DNA of 64,000 nucleotides from Escherichia coli (GCF_030013205.1 NZ_CP122648.1), one strand, 5' to 3'; positions 10,512 to 22,670 are shown, counted from the stretch's first letter. Notes: generated by a model from the sequence alone, not told the origin. Numbers and translations: made by a program.

Positions 10512-10526
10512 TCCCCCTCACCGCCA
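10512..10526 (+). other. att core-like remnant resembling a tRNA-Ser 3' end
   Basis: tccccctcaccgcca resembles the 3' acceptor/T-arm end of tRNA-Ser(GGA) (…CCCCCCTCACCGCCA, recalled); lies just upstream of the integrase 5' end. Confidence 0.4.
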
Positions 10527-10540
10527 TCTTTAAAGAAGAG

Positions 10541-10569
10541 CTCGTACGAAGGTACGGGCTTTTTTTTCG
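10541..10569 (+). terminator. Intrinsic terminator (hairpin plus T8)
   Basis: ctcgtacgaaggtacgggc followed by tttttttt; positioned as the original terminator of the tRNA whose 3' end forms the att core. Confidence 0.5.
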
Positions 10570-10630
10570 TATATTGCATAGACCGGGGGGATGAGAAGCC
10601 CCAGGCGGAGGTCGACAACTAGCGACAGAC

Positions 10631-11998
10631 TCATTCATCATCCTTGCGGTTGATAAGAATTTCTGCCTCTTTTACTACCACCTTATTACGCCCGGTCTCT
10701 TTCGCCTCGTATAGTGCGTTATCAGCCAGTCGATAGATCTCATTCGGGTTTAACGCATTTTCCTGAGTCACAACAGCGCCAATACTAATCGTCACTTTTT
10801 GTGGTATGGCGTATTCAGGATTATCACCAGTTAAACGCTCAACATTTTCCCGAATCCTTTCCGCTAAAGCTTTCGCACGTTCAGTATCGATGTCCGTCAG
10901 CAAGACGCCAAACTCTTCGCCGCCGACGCGCGCAAAAAGGTCATCTGGCCGTATGCTTTTCCCAATGATACTCACCACTGTTTTTATCACCTGATCGCCA
11001 ACCGGATGCCCCCAGGTGTCGTTGACTTTTTTGAAGTGGTCGATATCCATAATCATGACGCAATAAGGCGTTTTTTTGGCCGATGCTGATTGAACTGTCA
11101 GTTCATTAAAAAAATAATTTCTGTTAAATATATTGGTTAAGGAATCGCGATGTGCAATGTCCTTTGTTACTCGTAGCGCACTGAATATATGGCACATAAA
11201 TATTACCATAACGGTTAACTTACTGACTACTTCAATAGTGCGACTAATATACCAAATGGACACGCTATACCTGCTCATAAATAAAAGAGAGACATTGTAC
11301 AGTACGGCACAAAAAGCAATCACCGTCACTCCATTCCAGATATCACAGCGTAAACCATTAAAGTATAGATTAACTGAAAGCAAGGTTAACCACATGAAAA
11401 TCATTATGGTAACATATGATGTTTTCCAAACCACCTGATCATTTTCATTGGTTAACTCGGCAATGTGTAAATTGTAGCTCTCATAATGACTAGAAAGTAT
11501 GTGAGCAACTATCGGCCCCCCAACAACAAAAAACAAACTTATGCACAAAGTCATTTTTTTGGAAAATAAATTGCGCTGTTTTGTGTTTTCACTAACTTTA
11601 TTCACCAATGCCAGAAATATTAATATGCACAAACTCATCTGACGAAACAAATAATAGATTGCAATGTCATTTTGAACAACACTGCTTGTCAAACGCCCCT
11701 CAATAATTTGCTGAATGATAATGACGGTTTTAACAAAGTAAATCAAACAACTCAGAAAAGCCAAACTAAGTATACAGTTTGAAAATTGCCTACGGTCATA
11801 AATGAAATACAACTGCATAAAAATAAATGCAACAGTATCGATAAAAAATAAAGCAATCATTACCATCAGATAGGTTGATCGTGGAACAACTTCCTCAACG
11901 CCTGGCTGATTAAAGCAACTATTCACCAAAACCAAAGCAAGCCCAAACAATAAGCTCACTAATACAGTACTACTAATTCTCAAATAGTCTTTTTCCAT
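10631..11998 (-). CDS. dgcT: Diguanylate cyclase DgcT (YcdT)
   Basis: Protein MEKDYLRISSTVLVSLLFGLALV... with GGEEF domain; track ORF trimmed to the MEKDYL start. Confidence 0.9.
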   Translation of the reverse strand: MEKDYLRISSTVLVSLLFGLALVLVNSCFNQPGVEEVVPRSTYLMVMIALFFIDTVAFIFMQLYFIYDRRQFSNCILSLAFLSCLIYFVKTVIIIQQIIEGRLTSSVVQNDIAIYYLFRQMSLCILIFLALVNKVSENTKQRNLFSKKMTLCISLFFVVGGPIVAHILSSHYESYNLHIAELTNENDQVVWKTSYVTIMIFMWLTLLSVNLYFNGLRCDIWNGVTVIAFCAVLYNVSLLFMSRYSVSIWYISRTIEVVSKLTVMVIFMCHIFSALRVTKDIAHRDSLTNIFNRNYFFNELTVQSASAKKTPYCVMIMDIDHFKKVNDTWGHPVGDQVIKTVVSIIGKSIRPDDLFARVGGEEFGVLLTDIDTERAKALAERIRENVERLTGDNPEYAIPQKVTISIGAVVTQENALNPNEIYRLADNALYEAKETGRNKVVVKEAEILINRKDDE

Positions 11999-12588
11999 AA
12001 AGCTACACCAATCTGTAGGTTGTAGATCCCTTTCTATTATTAATAGATATAAGAACTGTACTGTTGTCAATATGAAATTCCGCCCACAAACAATACCGAT
12101 GATGATAGTTGCATACCGCAATTATTATTACCTTAGTGCTTTATACATTCTTCGCGACAAGACAGGCTTGCAAATACATATAAATGGTTATAAGGAAATC
12201 CTTATAAAACATTAATTCATAGATATATTAGGAATAACAATTGAATCCGTGAGTACAGTAACGCTGCACTTCATCAGGACTTTCGAAAAATCCGATATCA
12301 TGCATCGGAATTTACTGATTTAATTATTTTAATCCTAATTTATTTTGAAAAAGGCATTGGGATTTATGCCGTATTCCTGAAGTTCCTCATCATTGGAATG
12401 GATTTTCAGGCGAGAAAAGGATTTTATATGGATACTCTACTCATCATTTCTTCTTCTCATCATCAACAATTCACGTCTCTCTTCCGCGTTTAATAACGGA
12501 TTATGATGTGCAAAAAAAATATCTTTCGTTTCAGTTACCTGTAATTAGATACAGAGAGAGATTTTGGCAATACATGGAGTAATACAGG
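11999..12588. promoter_or_regulatory. dgcT-pgaA divergent control region including the long pgaA leader
   Basis: 590-bp AT-rich intergenic region; GGA motifs near the pgaA start (acaGGAtg). CsrA control of pgaA and dgcT is from established knowledge; sites were not mapped individually. Confidence 0.5.
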
Positions 12589-15012
12589 ATGTATTCAAGT
12601 AGCAGAAAAAGGTGCCCGAAAACCAAATGGGCTTTGAAAATTCTTACTGCCGCATTTTTAGCAGCGAGTCCCGCGGCGAAGAGTGCTGCTAATAATGCCT
12701 ATGATGCATTGATTATCGAAGCTCGCAAGGGAAATACTCAGCCAGCTTTGTTATGGTTTGCACAAAAATCAGCACTCAGTAATAACCAAATTGCTGACTG
12801 GTTACAGATTGCCTTATGGGCCGGGCAAGATAAACAGGTTATTACCGTTTACAACCGCTACCGTCATCAGCAATTACCAGCGCGTGGTTATGCAGCTGTC
12901 GCCGTCGCTTATCGTAACCTGCAACAATGGCAAAACTCGCTTACACTGTGGCAAAAGGCACTCTCTCTGGAGTCGCAAAATAAGGATTATCAACGGGGAC
13001 AAATTTTAACCCTGGCAGATGCGGGTCACTATGATTCTGCGCTGGTTAAACTTAAGCAGCTTAACTCTGGAGCACCGGACAAAGCTAATTTACTCGCAGA
13101 AGCCTATATCTATAAACTGGCGGGGCGGCATGAGGATGAATTACGGGCGATGACAGGGTCATTACCTGAAAATGCCTTAACGCAACAATATCCCACAGAA
13201 TACGTGCAGGCATTACGGAATAATCAACTTGCTGCCGCGATTGACGATGCCAATTTAACGCCAGATATTCGCGCTGATATTCATGCCGAACTGGTCAGAC
13301 TGTCGTTTATGCCTACGCGCAGTGAAAGTGAACGTTATGCCATTGCCGATCGCGCCCTCGCCCAATACGCTGCATTAGAAATTCTGTGGCATGATAACCC
13401 TGACCGCACTGCCCAGTACCAGCGTATTCAGGTTGATCATCTTGGCGCGTTATTAACTCGCGATCGTTATAAAGACGTTATTTCTCACTATCAGCGTTTA
13501 AAAAAGACGGGGCAAATTATTCCGCCCTGGGCGCAATATTGGGTTGCGTCGGCTTATCTCAAAGAACATCAGCCAAAAAAAGCACAGTCAATAATGACAG
13601 AGCTCTTTTATCACAAGGAGACCATTGCCCCGGATTTATCCGATGAAGAACTTGCGGATCTCTTTTACAGCCACCTGGAGAGTGAAAATTATCCCGGCGC
13701 GCTAACTGTCACCCAACATACCATTAATACTTCGCCGCCTTTCCTTCGGTTAATGGGCACGCCTACGAGCATCCCGAATGATACCTGGTTACAGGGGCAT
13801 TCGTTTCTCTCAACCGTAGCTAAATATAGTAATGATCTTCCTCAGGCTGAAATGACAGCCAGAGAGCTTGCTTATAACGCACCAGGAAATCAGGGACTGC
13901 GCATTGATTACGCGAGTGTGTTACAAGCCCGCGGTTGGCCTCGTGCGGCAGAAAATGAATTAAAAAAAGCAGAAGTGATCGAGCCACGTAATATTAATCT
14001 GGAGGTTGAACAAGCCTGGACAGCATTAACGTTACAAGAATGGCAGCAGGCAGCGGTCTTAACGCACGATGTTGTCGAACGTGAACCGCAAGATCCCGGC
14101 GTTGTACGTTTAAAACGTGCGGTTGATGTACATAATCTTGCAGAGCTTCGTATCGCTGGCTCAACAGGAATTGATGCCGAAGGTCCGGATAGTGGCAAAC
14201 ATGATGTCGACTTAACCACCATCGTTTATTCACCACCGCTGAATGATAACTGGCGCGGTTTTGCTGGATTCGGTTATGCCGATGGACAATTTAGCGAAGG
14301 AAAAGGGATTATTCGCGACTGGCTTGCGGGTGTTGAGTGGCGGTCACGTAATATCTGGCTTGAGGCGGAGTACACCGAACGCTTTTTCAATCATGAGCAT
14401 AAACCCGGCGCGCGCCTGTCTGGCTGGTATGATTTTAATGATAACTGGCGTATTGGTTCGCAACTGGAACGCCTCTCTCACCGCGTTCCATTACGGGCAA
14501 TGAAAAATGGTGTTACAGGCAACAGTGCACAGGCTTATGTTCGCTGGTATCAAAATGAGCGGCGTAAGTACGGTGTCTCTTGGGCTTTCACTGATTTTTC
14601 TGACAGTAATCAGCGTCATGAAGTCTCACTTGAGGGTCAGGAACGCATCTGGTCTTCACCATATTTGATTGTCGATTTCCTCCCCAATCTGTATTACGAA
14701 CAAAATACAGAACACGACACCCCATACTACAACCCTGTAAAAATGTTCGATATTGTTCCGGCATTTGAGGCAAGTCATTTGTTATGGCGAAGCTATGAAA
14801 ATAGCTGGGAGCAAATATTCAGCGCAGGTGTTGGTGCCTCCTGGCAAAAACATTATGGCACGGATGTCGTCACCCAACTCGGCTACGGGCAACGCATTAG
14901 CTGGAATGACGTGATTGATGCTGGCGCAACGCTACGCTGGGAAAAACGACCTTATGACGGTGACAGAGAACACAACTTATACGTTGAATTCGATATGACA
15001 TTCAGATTTTAA
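12589..15012 (+). CDS. pgaA: PGA export porin PgaA
   Basis: 807-aa ORF matching recalled PgaA. Confidence 0.95.
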   Translation: MYSSSRKRCPKTKWALKILTAAFLAASPAAKSAANNAYDALIIEARKGNTQPALLWFAQKSALSNNQIADWLQIALWAGQDKQVITVYNRYRHQQLPARGYAAVAVAYRNLQQWQNSLTLWQKALSLESQNKDYQRGQILTLADAGHYDSALVKLKQLNSGAPDKANLLAEAYIYKLAGRHEDELRAMTGSLPENALTQQYPTEYVQALRNNQLAAAIDDANLTPDIRADIHAELVRLSFMPTRSESERYAIADRALAQYAALEILWHDNPDRTAQYQRIQVDHLGALLTRDRYKDVISHYQRLKKTGQIIPPWAQYWVASAYLKEHQPKKAQSIMTELFYHKETIAPDLSDEELADLFYSHLESENYPGALTVTQHTINTSPPFLRLMGTPTSIPNDTWLQGHSFLSTVAKYSNDLPQAEMTARELAYNAPGNQGLRIDYASVLQARGWPRAAENELKKAEVIEPRNINLEVEQAWTALTLQEWQQAAVLTHDVVEREPQDPGVVRLKRAVDVHNLAELRIAGSTGIDAEGPDSGKHDVDLTTIVYSPPLNDNWRGFAGFGYADGQFSEGKGIIRDWLAGVEWRSRNIWLEAEYTERFFNHEHKPGARLSGWYDFNDNWRIGSQLERLSHRVPLRAMKNGVTGNSAQAYVRWYQNERRKYGVSWAFTDFSDSNQRHEVSLEGQERIWSSPYLIVDFLPNLYYEQNTEHDTPYYNPVKMFDIVPAFEASHLLWRSYENSWEQIFSAGVGASWQKHYGTDVVTQLGYGQRISWNDVIDAGATLRWEKRPYDGDREHNLYVEFDMTFRF

Positions 15013-15020
15013 GGATAAAT

Positions 15021-17039
15021 ATGTTACGTAATGGAAATAAATATCTCCTGATGCTGGTGAGTATAATTATGCTCACTGCGTGCATTAGCCAGTCAAGAAC
15101 ATCATTTATACCGCCACAGGATCGCGAATCTTTACTCGCCGAGCAACCGTGGCCGCATAATGGTTTTGTGGCGATTTCATGGCATAACGTTGAAGACGAA
15201 GCTGCCAACCAGCGTTTTATGTCAGTGCGGACATCAGCACTGCGTGAACAATTTGCCTGGCTGCGCGAGAACGGTTATCAACCGGTCAGTATTGCTCAAA
15301 TTCGTGAAGCACATCGAGGAGGAAAACCGCTACCGGAAAAAGCAGTAGTGCTGACTTTTGATGACGGCTACCAGAGTTTTTATACCCGCGTCTTCCCAAT
15401 TCTTCAGGCCTTCCAGTGGCCTGCTGTATGGGCCCCCGTCGGCAGTTGGGTCGATACGCCAGCGGATGAACAAGTAAAATTTGGCGATGAGATGGTCGAT
15501 CGAGAATATTTTGCCACGTGGCAACAAGTGCGAGAAGTTGCGCGTTCCCGGCTCGTTGAGGTCGCTTCTCATACATGGAATTCTCACTACGGTATTCAGG
15601 CTAATGCCACCGGCAGCTTATTGCCTGTATATGTAAATCGTGCATATTTTACTGACCACGCACGGTATGAAACCGCAGCAGAATACCGGGAAAGAATTCG
15701 TCTGGATGCTGTAAAAATGACGGAATACCTGCGTACAAAGGCTAAGGTAAATCCACACGTTTTTGTTTGGCCTTATGGCGAAGCGAATGGCATAGCGATA
15801 GAGGAATTAAAAAAACTCGGTTATGACATGTTCTTCACCCTTGAATCAGGTTTGGCAAATGCGTCACAATTGGATTCCATTCCGCGAGTATTAATCGCCA
15901 ATAATCCCTCATTAAAAGAGTTTGCCCAGCAAATTATTACCGTACAGGAAAAATCACCACAACGGATAATGCATATCGATCTTGATTACGTTTATGACGA
16001 AAACCGCCAGCAAATGGATCGCAATATTGATGTGCTAATTCAGCGGGTGAAAGATATGCAAATATCAACCGTGTATTTGCAGGCATTTGCTGATCCCGAT
16101 GGTGATGGGCTGGTCAAAGAGGTCTGGTTTCCAAATCGTTTGCTACCAATGAAAGCAGATATTTTTAGTCGGGTTGCCTGGCAATTACGTACCCGCTCAG
16201 GTGTAAACATCTATGCGTGGATGCCGGTATTAAGCTGGGATTTAGATCCCACATTAACGCGAGTAAAATACTTACCGACTGGGGAGAAAAAAGCACAAAT
16301 TCATCCTGAACAATATCGCCGTCTCTCTCCTTTCGATGACAGAGTCAGAGCACAAGTTGGCATGTTATATGAAGATCTTGCCGGACATGCTGCTTTTGAT
16401 GGCATATTGTTCCACGATGATGCTTTGCTTTCAGATTATGAAGATGCCAGTGCACCGGCTATCACGGCTTATCAGCAAGCAGGCTTTAGCGGGAGTCTGA
16501 GCGAAATTCGACAAAACCCGGAGCAATTTAAACAGTGGACCCGCTTTAAAAGTCGTGCGTTAACTGACTTCACTTTAGAACTTAGTGCGCGCGTAAAAGC
16601 CATTCGCGGTCCACATGTTAAAACTGCACGAAATATTTTTGCACTTCCGGTAATACAACCTGAAAGTGAAGCCTGGTTTGCACAGAATTATGCTGATTTC
16701 CTAAAAAGCTATGACTGGACCGCTATTATGGCTATGCCTTATATGGAAGGTGTCGCAGAAAAATCGGCTGACCAATGGTTAATACAATTGACCAATCAAA
16801 TTAAAAACATCCCTCAGGCTAAAGACAAATCTATTTTAGAATTACAGGCACAAAACTGGCAGAAAAATGGTCAGCATCAGGCTATTTCTTCGCAACAACT
16901 CGCTCACTGGATGAGCCTATTACAACTGAATGGAGGGAAAAACTATGGTTATTATCCCGACAATTTTCTGCATAACCAACCTGAAATAGACGTTATTCGT
17001 CCTGAGTTTTCAACAGCCTGGTATCCGAAAAATGATTAA
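15021..17039 (+). CDS. pgaB: Poly-beta-1,6-N-acetylglucosamine N-deacetylase PgaB
   Basis: 672-aa ORF; operon position and recalled sequence. Confidence 0.95.
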   Translation: MLRNGNKYLLMLVSIIMLTACISQSRTSFIPPQDRESLLAEQPWPHNGFVAISWHNVEDEAANQRFMSVRTSALREQFAWLRENGYQPVSIAQIREAHRGGKPLPEKAVVLTFDDGYQSFYTRVFPILQAFQWPAVWAPVGSWVDTPADEQVKFGDEMVDREYFATWQQVREVARSRLVEVASHTWNSHYGIQANATGSLLPVYVNRAYFTDHARYETAAEYRERIRLDAVKMTEYLRTKAKVNPHVFVWPYGEANGIAIEELKKLGYDMFFTLESGLANASQLDSIPRVLIANNPSLKEFAQQIITVQEKSPQRIMHIDLDYVYDENRQQMDRNIDVLIQRVKDMQISTVYLQAFADPDGDGLVKEVWFPNRLLPMKADIFSRVAWQLRTRSGVNIYAWMPVLSWDLDPTLTRVKYLPTGEKKAQIHPEQYRRLSPFDDRVRAQVGMLYEDLAGHAAFDGILFHDDALLSDYEDASAPAITAYQQAGFSGSLSEIRQNPEQFKQWTRFKSRALTDFTLELSARVKAIRGPHVKTARNIFALPVIQPESEAWFAQNYADFLKSYDWTAIMAMPYMEGVAEKSADQWLIQLTNQIKNIPQAKDKSILELQAQNWQKNGQHQAISSQQLAHWMSLLQLNGGKNYGYYPDNFLHNQPEIDVIRPEFSTAWYPKND

Positions 17040-18357
17040 TCGCATCGTATCGTTTTTTATATTATGTCTGGTGTTATGCATCCCCCTATGCGTAGCGTAC
17101 TTTCACTCTGGTGAACTGATGATGAGGTTCGTTTTCTTCTGGCCGTTTTTTATGTCTATTATGTGGATTGTTGGCGGCGTCTATTTCTGGGTCTATCGTG
17201 AACGCCACTGGCCGTGGGGAGAAAACGCACCAGCCCCCCAGTTGAAAGATAATCCGTCTATCTCCATTATCATTCCCTGTTTTAATGAGGAGAAAAACGT
17301 TGAGGAAACCATACACGCCGCTTTAGCACAGCGTTATGAGAACATTGAAGTTATTGCCGTAAATGACGGTTCAACAGACAAAACCCGTGCCATCCTGGAT
17401 CGCATGGCTGCACAAATTCCCCACCTGCGGGTCATTCATCTGGCGCAAAACCAGGGGAAAGCCATTGCGCTTAAAACCGGAGCTGCCGCGGCGAAAAGTG
17501 AATATCTGGTGTGCATTGATGGCGATGCGTTATTAGACCGCGATGCGGCGGCATATATTGTGGAACCGATGTTGTACAACCCGCGTGTGGGTGCCGTAAC
17601 CGGCAATCCTCGTATTCGAACACGTTCTACCCTGGTGGGTAAAATTCAGGTTGGCGAGTATTCCTCAATTATTGGTTTGATCAAGCGAACCCAGCGTATC
17701 TATGGAAACGTATTTACCGTTTCCGGTGTTATTGCCGCATTTCGTCGCAGCGCCCTGGCAGAAGTGGGTTACTGGAGTGACGATATGATCACCGAAGATA
17801 TTGATATTAGCTGGAAGCTGCAGTTGAATCAGTGGGCGATTTTTTACGAGCCACGGGCGCTGTGCTGGATATTAATGCCTGAAACGTTAAAAGGGCTGTG
17901 GAAACAGCGCCTGCGCTGGGCTCAGGGCGGTGCAGAAGTATTCCTCAAAAATATGACAAGGTTGTGGCGCAAAGAAAACTTTCGAATGTGGCCGCTGTTT
18001 TTTGAATACTGCCTGACGACAATATGGGCCTTCACTTGCCTAGTCGGTTTCATTATTTACGCAGTCCAACTTGCCGGTGTACCGTTAAATATTGAATTGA
18101 CACATATCGCTGCGACACATACTGCCGGAATATTATTGTGTACGTTATGTTTACTGCAATTTATTGTCAGCCTGATGATCGAGAATCGCTATGAGCATAA
18201 TCTGACTTCATCGCTTTTCTGGATTATTTGGTTCCCGGTTATTTTCTGGATGCTGAGTCTGGCAACGACATTGGTATCATTTACACGAGTCATGTTGATG
18301 CCTAAAAAGCAACGCGCCCGTTGGGTAAGTCCCGATCGCGGGATTCTGAGAGGTTAA
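17032..18357 (+). CDS. pgaC: PGA synthase glycosyltransferase PgaC
   Basis: 441-aa ORF, family 2 glycosyltransferase; overlaps pgaB by 8 bp. Confidence 0.95.
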   Translation: MINRIVSFFILCLVLCIPLCVAYFHSGELMMRFVFFWPFFMSIMWIVGGVYFWVYRERHWPWGENAPAPQLKDNPSISIIIPCFNEEKNVEETIHAALAQRYENIEVIAVNDGSTDKTRAILDRMAAQIPHLRVIHLAQNQGKAIALKTGAAAAKSEYLVCIDGDALLDRDAAAYIVEPMLYNPRVGAVTGNPRIRTRSTLVGKIQVGEYSSIIGLIKRTQRIYGNVFTVSGVIAAFRRSALAEVGYWSDDMITEDIDISWKLQLNQWAIFYEPRALCWILMPETLKGLWKQRLRWAQGGAEVFLKNMTRLWRKENFRMWPLFFEYCLTTIWAFTCLVGFIIYAVQLAGVPLNIELTHIAATHTAGILLCTLCLLQFIVSLMIENRYEHNLTSSLFWIIWFPVIFWMLSLATTLVSFTRVMLMPKKQRARWVSPDRGILRG

Positions 18358-18358
18358 T

Positions 18359-18772
18359 ATGAACAATTTAATTATTACGACCCGACAATCGCCAGTACGT
18401 TTAATGGTTGATTATGTTGCCACAACCATCTTATGGACATTATTTGCTTTGTTCATATTCTTATTCGCAATGGATCTGCTGACGGGTTATTACTGGCAAA
18501 GCGAGGCCAGAAGCCGACTTCAGTTCTATTTTTTGCTGGCAGTGGCGAATGCCGTCGTGTTAATTGTCTGGGCGCTGTACAATAAGCTACGTTTTCAAAA
18601 ACAGCAGCATCATGCAGCCTACCAATATACGCCGCAAGAATATGCTGAGAGCTTAGCAATACCTGATGAGCTCTATCAGCAACTACAAAAAAGCCACAGG
18701 ATGAGCGTACACTTCACCAGCCAGGGGCAAATAAAAATGGTGGTTTCAGAAAAAGCGCTAGTCCGGGCGTAA
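18359..18772 (+). CDS. pgaD: PGA synthase subunit PgaD
   Basis: 137-aa ORF immediately after pgaC. Confidence 0.9.
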   Translation: MNNLIITTRQSPVRLMVDYVATTILWTLFALFIFLFAMDLLTGYYWQSEARSRLQFYFLLAVANAVVLIVWALYNKLRFQKQQHHAAYQYTPQEYAESLAIPDELYQQLQKSHRMSVHFTSQGQIKMVVSEKALVRA

Positions 18773-18785
18773 ACACCCAAAACAA

Positions 18786-18804
18786 AGCCCGGTTCGCCCG
18801 GGCT
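18786..18804. terminator. Hairpin between convergent pgaD and phoH
   Basis: agcccgg-ttcgc-ccgggct stem-loop between the pgaD stop (18772) and phoH stop (18822); U-rich on the phoH side. Confidence 0.5.
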
Positions 18805-18821
18805 CTGCGCCGATAATACAC

Positions 18822-19886
18822 TTAACTGTATGCATGTAGCGTACGTTGGCAAAGTGCCGAACGTACGCAATCCTCTTTACCGAATCGGACGATCCCGACC
18901 ATTTCATCTTCTTCGAAACGTTCCAGCGCGTCACTTAATCCGGAGCGCACGCCGCGAGGCAAATCGCATTGCGTGATATCACCGTTGACGATAACCGTCA
19001 CGTTCTCCCCGAGGCGGGTTAAAAACATTTTCATTTGCGCGGCAGTCACATTCTGCGCCTCGTCAAGAATGACGACTGCATTTTCAAAGGTACGTCCACG
19101 CATATAGGCGAACGGCGCAATTTCCACCTTCCCTATTTCCGGTCGCAGGCAGTACTGCATAAAGGAAGCCCCTAAGCGCCGGACCAGCACGTCGTAAACC
19201 GGGCGAAAATAGGGAGCAAACTTTTCTGCGATATCTCCAGGTAAGAAGCCAAGATCTTCATCGGCTTGCAGAACTGGACGGGTGACGATAATCCTGTCGA
19301 CATCCTTATGTATCAGGGCCTCTGCTGCTTTTGCTGCGCTGATCCAGGTTTTTCCGCACCCGGCTTCGCCCGTGGCGAATATCAGCTGCTTACTCTCAAT
19401 AGCCTTCAGATAGTGCAATTGCGCTTCATTTCGCGCGAGGATGGGCGAGGTATCGCGACTGTCGCGGGCCATACCAATGGCTTCTACGCCGCTCATCTGC
19501 ACAAGCGAGGTGACCGATTCTTCTTCACGCTGCTTATGGCTGCGCGAATCCCGTCTCAGCACACGTTTTGCCTCGCGACGAGCTTTGATCACTGCTTTTT
19601 GTCTTCCCATGGAGAGCACCTTGAGTTGTTTGTATTCATCACACGCGCCGTTGGCAGCGCGATTATGCGCACGAACATCAGAGGGTTGGCTTCCTTGTAA
19701 GCCATAGTTTGCTTTTGGATAAAATGCCGAAAAACGGCTACGCGCACCGTTTACGGCGTCGGTAACACATGAAAAGAAAGGATGAGGTTGAAAATACAAA
19801 GTGACGAGATGACTACCGGAGGAGAAATCTCCGCGAGTGGTGGCGCGCTGATTATCTAAAACATGTCCAGTACAGGACGTTACCAT
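18822..19886 (-). CDS. phoH: ATP-binding protein PhoH
   Basis: 354-aa ORF with P-loop (GEAGCGKT); matches recalled PhoH. Confidence 0.95.
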   Translation of the reverse strand: MVTSCTGHVLDNQRATTRGDFSSGSHLVTLYFQPHPFFSCVTDAVNGARSRFSAFYPKANYGLQGSQPSDVRAHNRAANGACDEYKQLKVLSMGRQKAVIKARREAKRVLRRDSRSHKQREEESVTSLVQMSGVEAIGMARDSRDTSPILARNEAQLHYLKAIESKQLIFATGEAGCGKTWISAAKAAEALIHKDVDRIIVTRPVLQADEDLGFLPGDIAEKFAPYFRPVYDVLVRRLGASFMQYCLRPEIGKVEIAPFAYMRGRTFENAVVILDEAQNVTAAQMKMFLTRLGENVTVIVNGDITQCDLPRGVRSGLSDALERFEEDEMVGIVRFGKEDCVRSALCQRTLHAYS

Positions 19887-20034
19887 CCGCGATCTCCATA
19901 GTGACTGACTATCACTGCCGGGAACTTCCGCTGCTACTTAATAATTACAACAGAACTCGCATTCATTGCAACAATATATTCACTTATACTTAACGATAAA
20001 CACCCATTTCGGTGACATTAGTTTCTACTGGAAA

Positions 20035-20053
20035 GATGACAGAGTGATGACAG
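20035..20053 (-). promoter_or_regulatory. Pho box (PhoB binding site) upstream of phoH
   Basis: Reverse complement reads CTGTCATCACTCTGTCATC, the tandem CTGTCAT repeat form of the Pho box. Confidence 0.7.
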
Positions 20054-20106
20054 AGATGAAAAAAGCTGTGTGCTTTCAGCAGGATTCGCAGTACTGGTAA
20101 AAGCTT

Positions 20107-20140
20107 GCCGGATGCGGCGTGAACGCCTTACCCGACCTAC
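20107..20140. repeat. REP element
   Basis: gccggatgcggcgtgaacgccttacccgacctac matches the REP consensus; between phoH and efeB. Confidence 0.8.
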
Positions 20141-20208
20141 AAGTGATTAATAATTTGTGCACCAAACTCATGCCCGATAAACCTGCGCATCGGGCATATT
20201 TGCGTCGT

Positions 20209-21480
20209 TCAAACCTGTAATAGCGCCCTTCCCAGATAATCGTTCGCGTCCTTCACCCCCGGCAGCGCAAAGAAATAGCCTCCACCGATAGGTTTGACAT
20301 ATTCCTCCAGCGCTTCGCCATTGAGCCTTTTTTGTACTGTCAGGAAGCCTTTTTCCAGATCGTGTTGGTAACAGACAAACAATAGCCCCATATCCAGTTG
20401 TCCGGAGTTGGTGACGCCCAACGAATAACTGTAGCCACGACGCAGCATCAGGCTGGACTCACTCTCTGGCGTGCGGGGATTCGCCAGCCGGATATGGCTG
20501 TCCAGCGCAATCACCTTCCCCTCCGGATCGCTGGCGTAATCGGGAACATCATGCTCATGCTGCATTCCCAGCGGCGCACCGGTTTGTTTGTCGCGACCAA
20601 AAATCGTCTGCTGTTCTTTCAGTGGCGTTCTGTCCCAAAACTCCACCCGAAACTGAATCAACCGCACCGCCTGGTAGCTGCCGCCGATTGTCCACGCAGG
20701 CTCCTGCTGATCTGCCGTCACCCACACCACTTGTTGCATCAACTTATCATTCTGGCTATCGGGATTGGCAGTGCCGTCTTTGAAACCCAGCAAATTTATC
20801 GGCGTCTCTTTGCCTTTACTACGCGCCGCGTGATCGGAAATAAACCCTTCCCGCTTCCAGCGCACACTGAGCAAATCCGGCGTGTGTTTGATGATATCGC
20901 GCAGCGCATGGATCACCGTATCCTGGGTGTTGGCGCAAATTTGTAGCAACACATCACCATGACATAACGCTGCATCAAGCGAGTCATTGGGGAAACGCGT
21001 CATCTTCTGCAGCTTTTTCGGCATCTGCGACGCAAGGCCAAACCGCTCATCAAACAATGAGTGACCCACCGATAACGTGATGGTGAGATTATCGGGCGCA
21101 ATGTAGCCGCCAAGAATGCCGGAATCGAGTGGTGGCAGGCGCGGATTTGGCGTTTCTGGTGCTGCTCCGCCCTGAGTCAGAAAAGCAAAACGCTGAGTCA
21201 ACAAGCGAAACAACCGCTCAAGATCGGGTTTATCGCTGGCAAGCACATCAAACGCCACCAGCATCATTGCGGCCTGTTGTGGCGTCAGAATCCCTGCCTG
21301 ATGCTCACCATAAAACGGCTGTTTCTCATTGCGTGCATCCGGTGAAAGCGTGCCCGGTGCACTTTGCGTTTTTTGTGCATGAACGACCGGACAACTTCCC
21401 GCCAGCGCCAGCGCACCAATCCCTTTCAGTAAACGTCGGCGTGACGGTTCATTCACGCCGTTTTCATCTTCATACTGCAT
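20209..21480 (-). CDS. efeB: Dye-decolorizing-type peroxidase EfeB
   Basis: 423-aa ORF with Tat-like signal ([16 protein letters not shown]); matches recalled EfeB. Confidence 0.95.
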   Translation of the reverse strand: MQYEDENGVNEPSRRRLLKGIGALALAGSCPVVHAQKTQSAPGTLSPDARNEKQPFYGEHQAGILTPQQAAMMLVAFDVLASDKPDLERLFRLLTQRFAFLTQGGAAPETPNPRLPPLDSGILGGYIAPDNLTITLSVGHSLFDERFGLASQMPKKLQKMTRFPNDSLDAALCHGDVLLQICANTQDTVIHALRDIIKHTPDLLSVRWKREGFISDHAARSKGKETPINLLGFKDGTANPDSQNDKLMQQVVWVTADQQEPAWTIGGSYQAVRLIQFRVEFWDRTPLKEQQTIFGRDKQTGAPLGMQHEHDVPDYASDPEGKVIALDSHIRLANPRTPESESSLMLRRGYSYSLGVTNSGQLDMGLLFVCYQHDLEKGFLTVQKRLNGEALEEYVKPIGGGYFFALPGVKDANDYLGRALLQV

Positions 21481-21485
21481 AACGC

Positions 21486-22613
21486 TTAATCCAGCCCCAG
21501 CACACCGCGAATTTGCGCCAGATCTTCCGCCAGCGCAGTAATCGGCCCTTTCAGCGCATTACGGTCAGCATCGGTCAATTTGTCGTAGGTTTCAAAACCG
21601 TCTTTAGTACGGTATTTCGCCAGAATGGTATCGACCTTTTTGAAATTGGCATCGACTTTTGCCAGCAGTTCCGGGTTGGCCTTTTGCAGTTGTGGACGCA
21701 GCAGATCGACAATTTTCTGCGAGCCTTCAACGTTAGCCTGGAAATCCCACAGATCGGTGTGGCTGTAGCGATCTTCTTCACCGCTGATTTTGCTGGCTGC
21801 CACTTCCTCAATCAGTCCGGCTGCACCGCCGACCACTTTTGAAGGTGGGAAAGCCAGTTCACTGATGCGTTTTTGCAAATCGACCACATCGGTATAAAGC
21901 TGGTCAGCGTACTTATCCATCCCTTTAGTGGTGTTATCGCCAAACAATGCTTTTTCCAGACGGTGGAAACCGGTGAATTTTGGATCGGCGGCTTTTTGCT
22001 CGTAATCATCTTCACGGGCGTCAATGCTACCATCCAGATCGGAGAACAGTTCAGCAATCGGTTCAATGCGCTCATAGTGCTGGCGCGTCGGCGCATACAG
22101 TGCTTTTGCTTTTTCGATATCGCCTGCTTTAATAGCGTCGGTAAAGGCTTTGGTGTCGGTCACCAGCTGCGTGGTTTCCGCCATGACATACGCTTTATAT
22201 GCAGTAATTGCACCACCAAGACTTAACAGCGCATCACTTTGCGCCGCATCCGCCGTTGCCTCACCTTTGACGATCAACTTCCCTTTCGGGTTAGTCAGCA
22301 GACCGCAGGTCATATCGTATTCGCCAGGCTGTAAATTCGCCGTCATTTTCTGGCTAAAGCCAGGGGCGATATTTTCCCGCTCTTCCACCACCATCACGCC
22401 TTTGAGGATCTCCCACTCCAGCGCCTTCTGGCTGTGGTTCTGAATAATGAACTGTGTTTTCCCGGCGTTAACCGTAATGGTCATCGGTTCGCACTGCTTA
22501 TCCGTCACGGTCACTTTGACCTGCGGCACATCAGCGGCGTTAGCCATAAAAGCAGAAGAAAACAGCGCAGCCACGCTCAACTGCAATGCGTTACGGCGGA
22601 AGTTAATGGTCAT
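21486..22613 (-). CDS. efeO: Periplasmic iron-binding protein EfeO
   Basis: 375-aa ORF; operon position and recalled sequence. Confidence 0.95.
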   Translation of the reverse strand: MTINFRRNALQLSVAALFSSAFMANAADVPQVKVTVTDKQCEPMTITVNAGKTQFIIQNHSQKALEWEILKGVMVVEERENIAPGFSQKMTANLQPGEYDMTCGLLTNPKGKLIVKGEATADAAQSDALLSLGGAITAYKAYVMAETTQLVTDTKAFTDAIKAGDIEKAKALYAPTRQHYERIEPIAELFSDLDGSIDAREDDYEQKAADPKFTGFHRLEKALFGDNTTKGMDKYADQLYTDVVDLQKRISELAFPPSKVVGGAAGLIEEVAASKISGEEDRYSHTDLWDFQANVEGSQKIVDLLRPQLQKANPELLAKVDANFKKVDTILAKYRTKDGFETYDKLTDADRNALKGPITALAEDLAQIRGVLGLD

Positions 22614-22670
22614 GACGAGACTATCCCTTTAAAGTATGTTGTAACTAAGCAAGAGTTTGCGTCGTATTTG

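Noticed and set aside
20398-20946. 182-aa plus-strand ORF
   Set aside because: Antisense to efeB.
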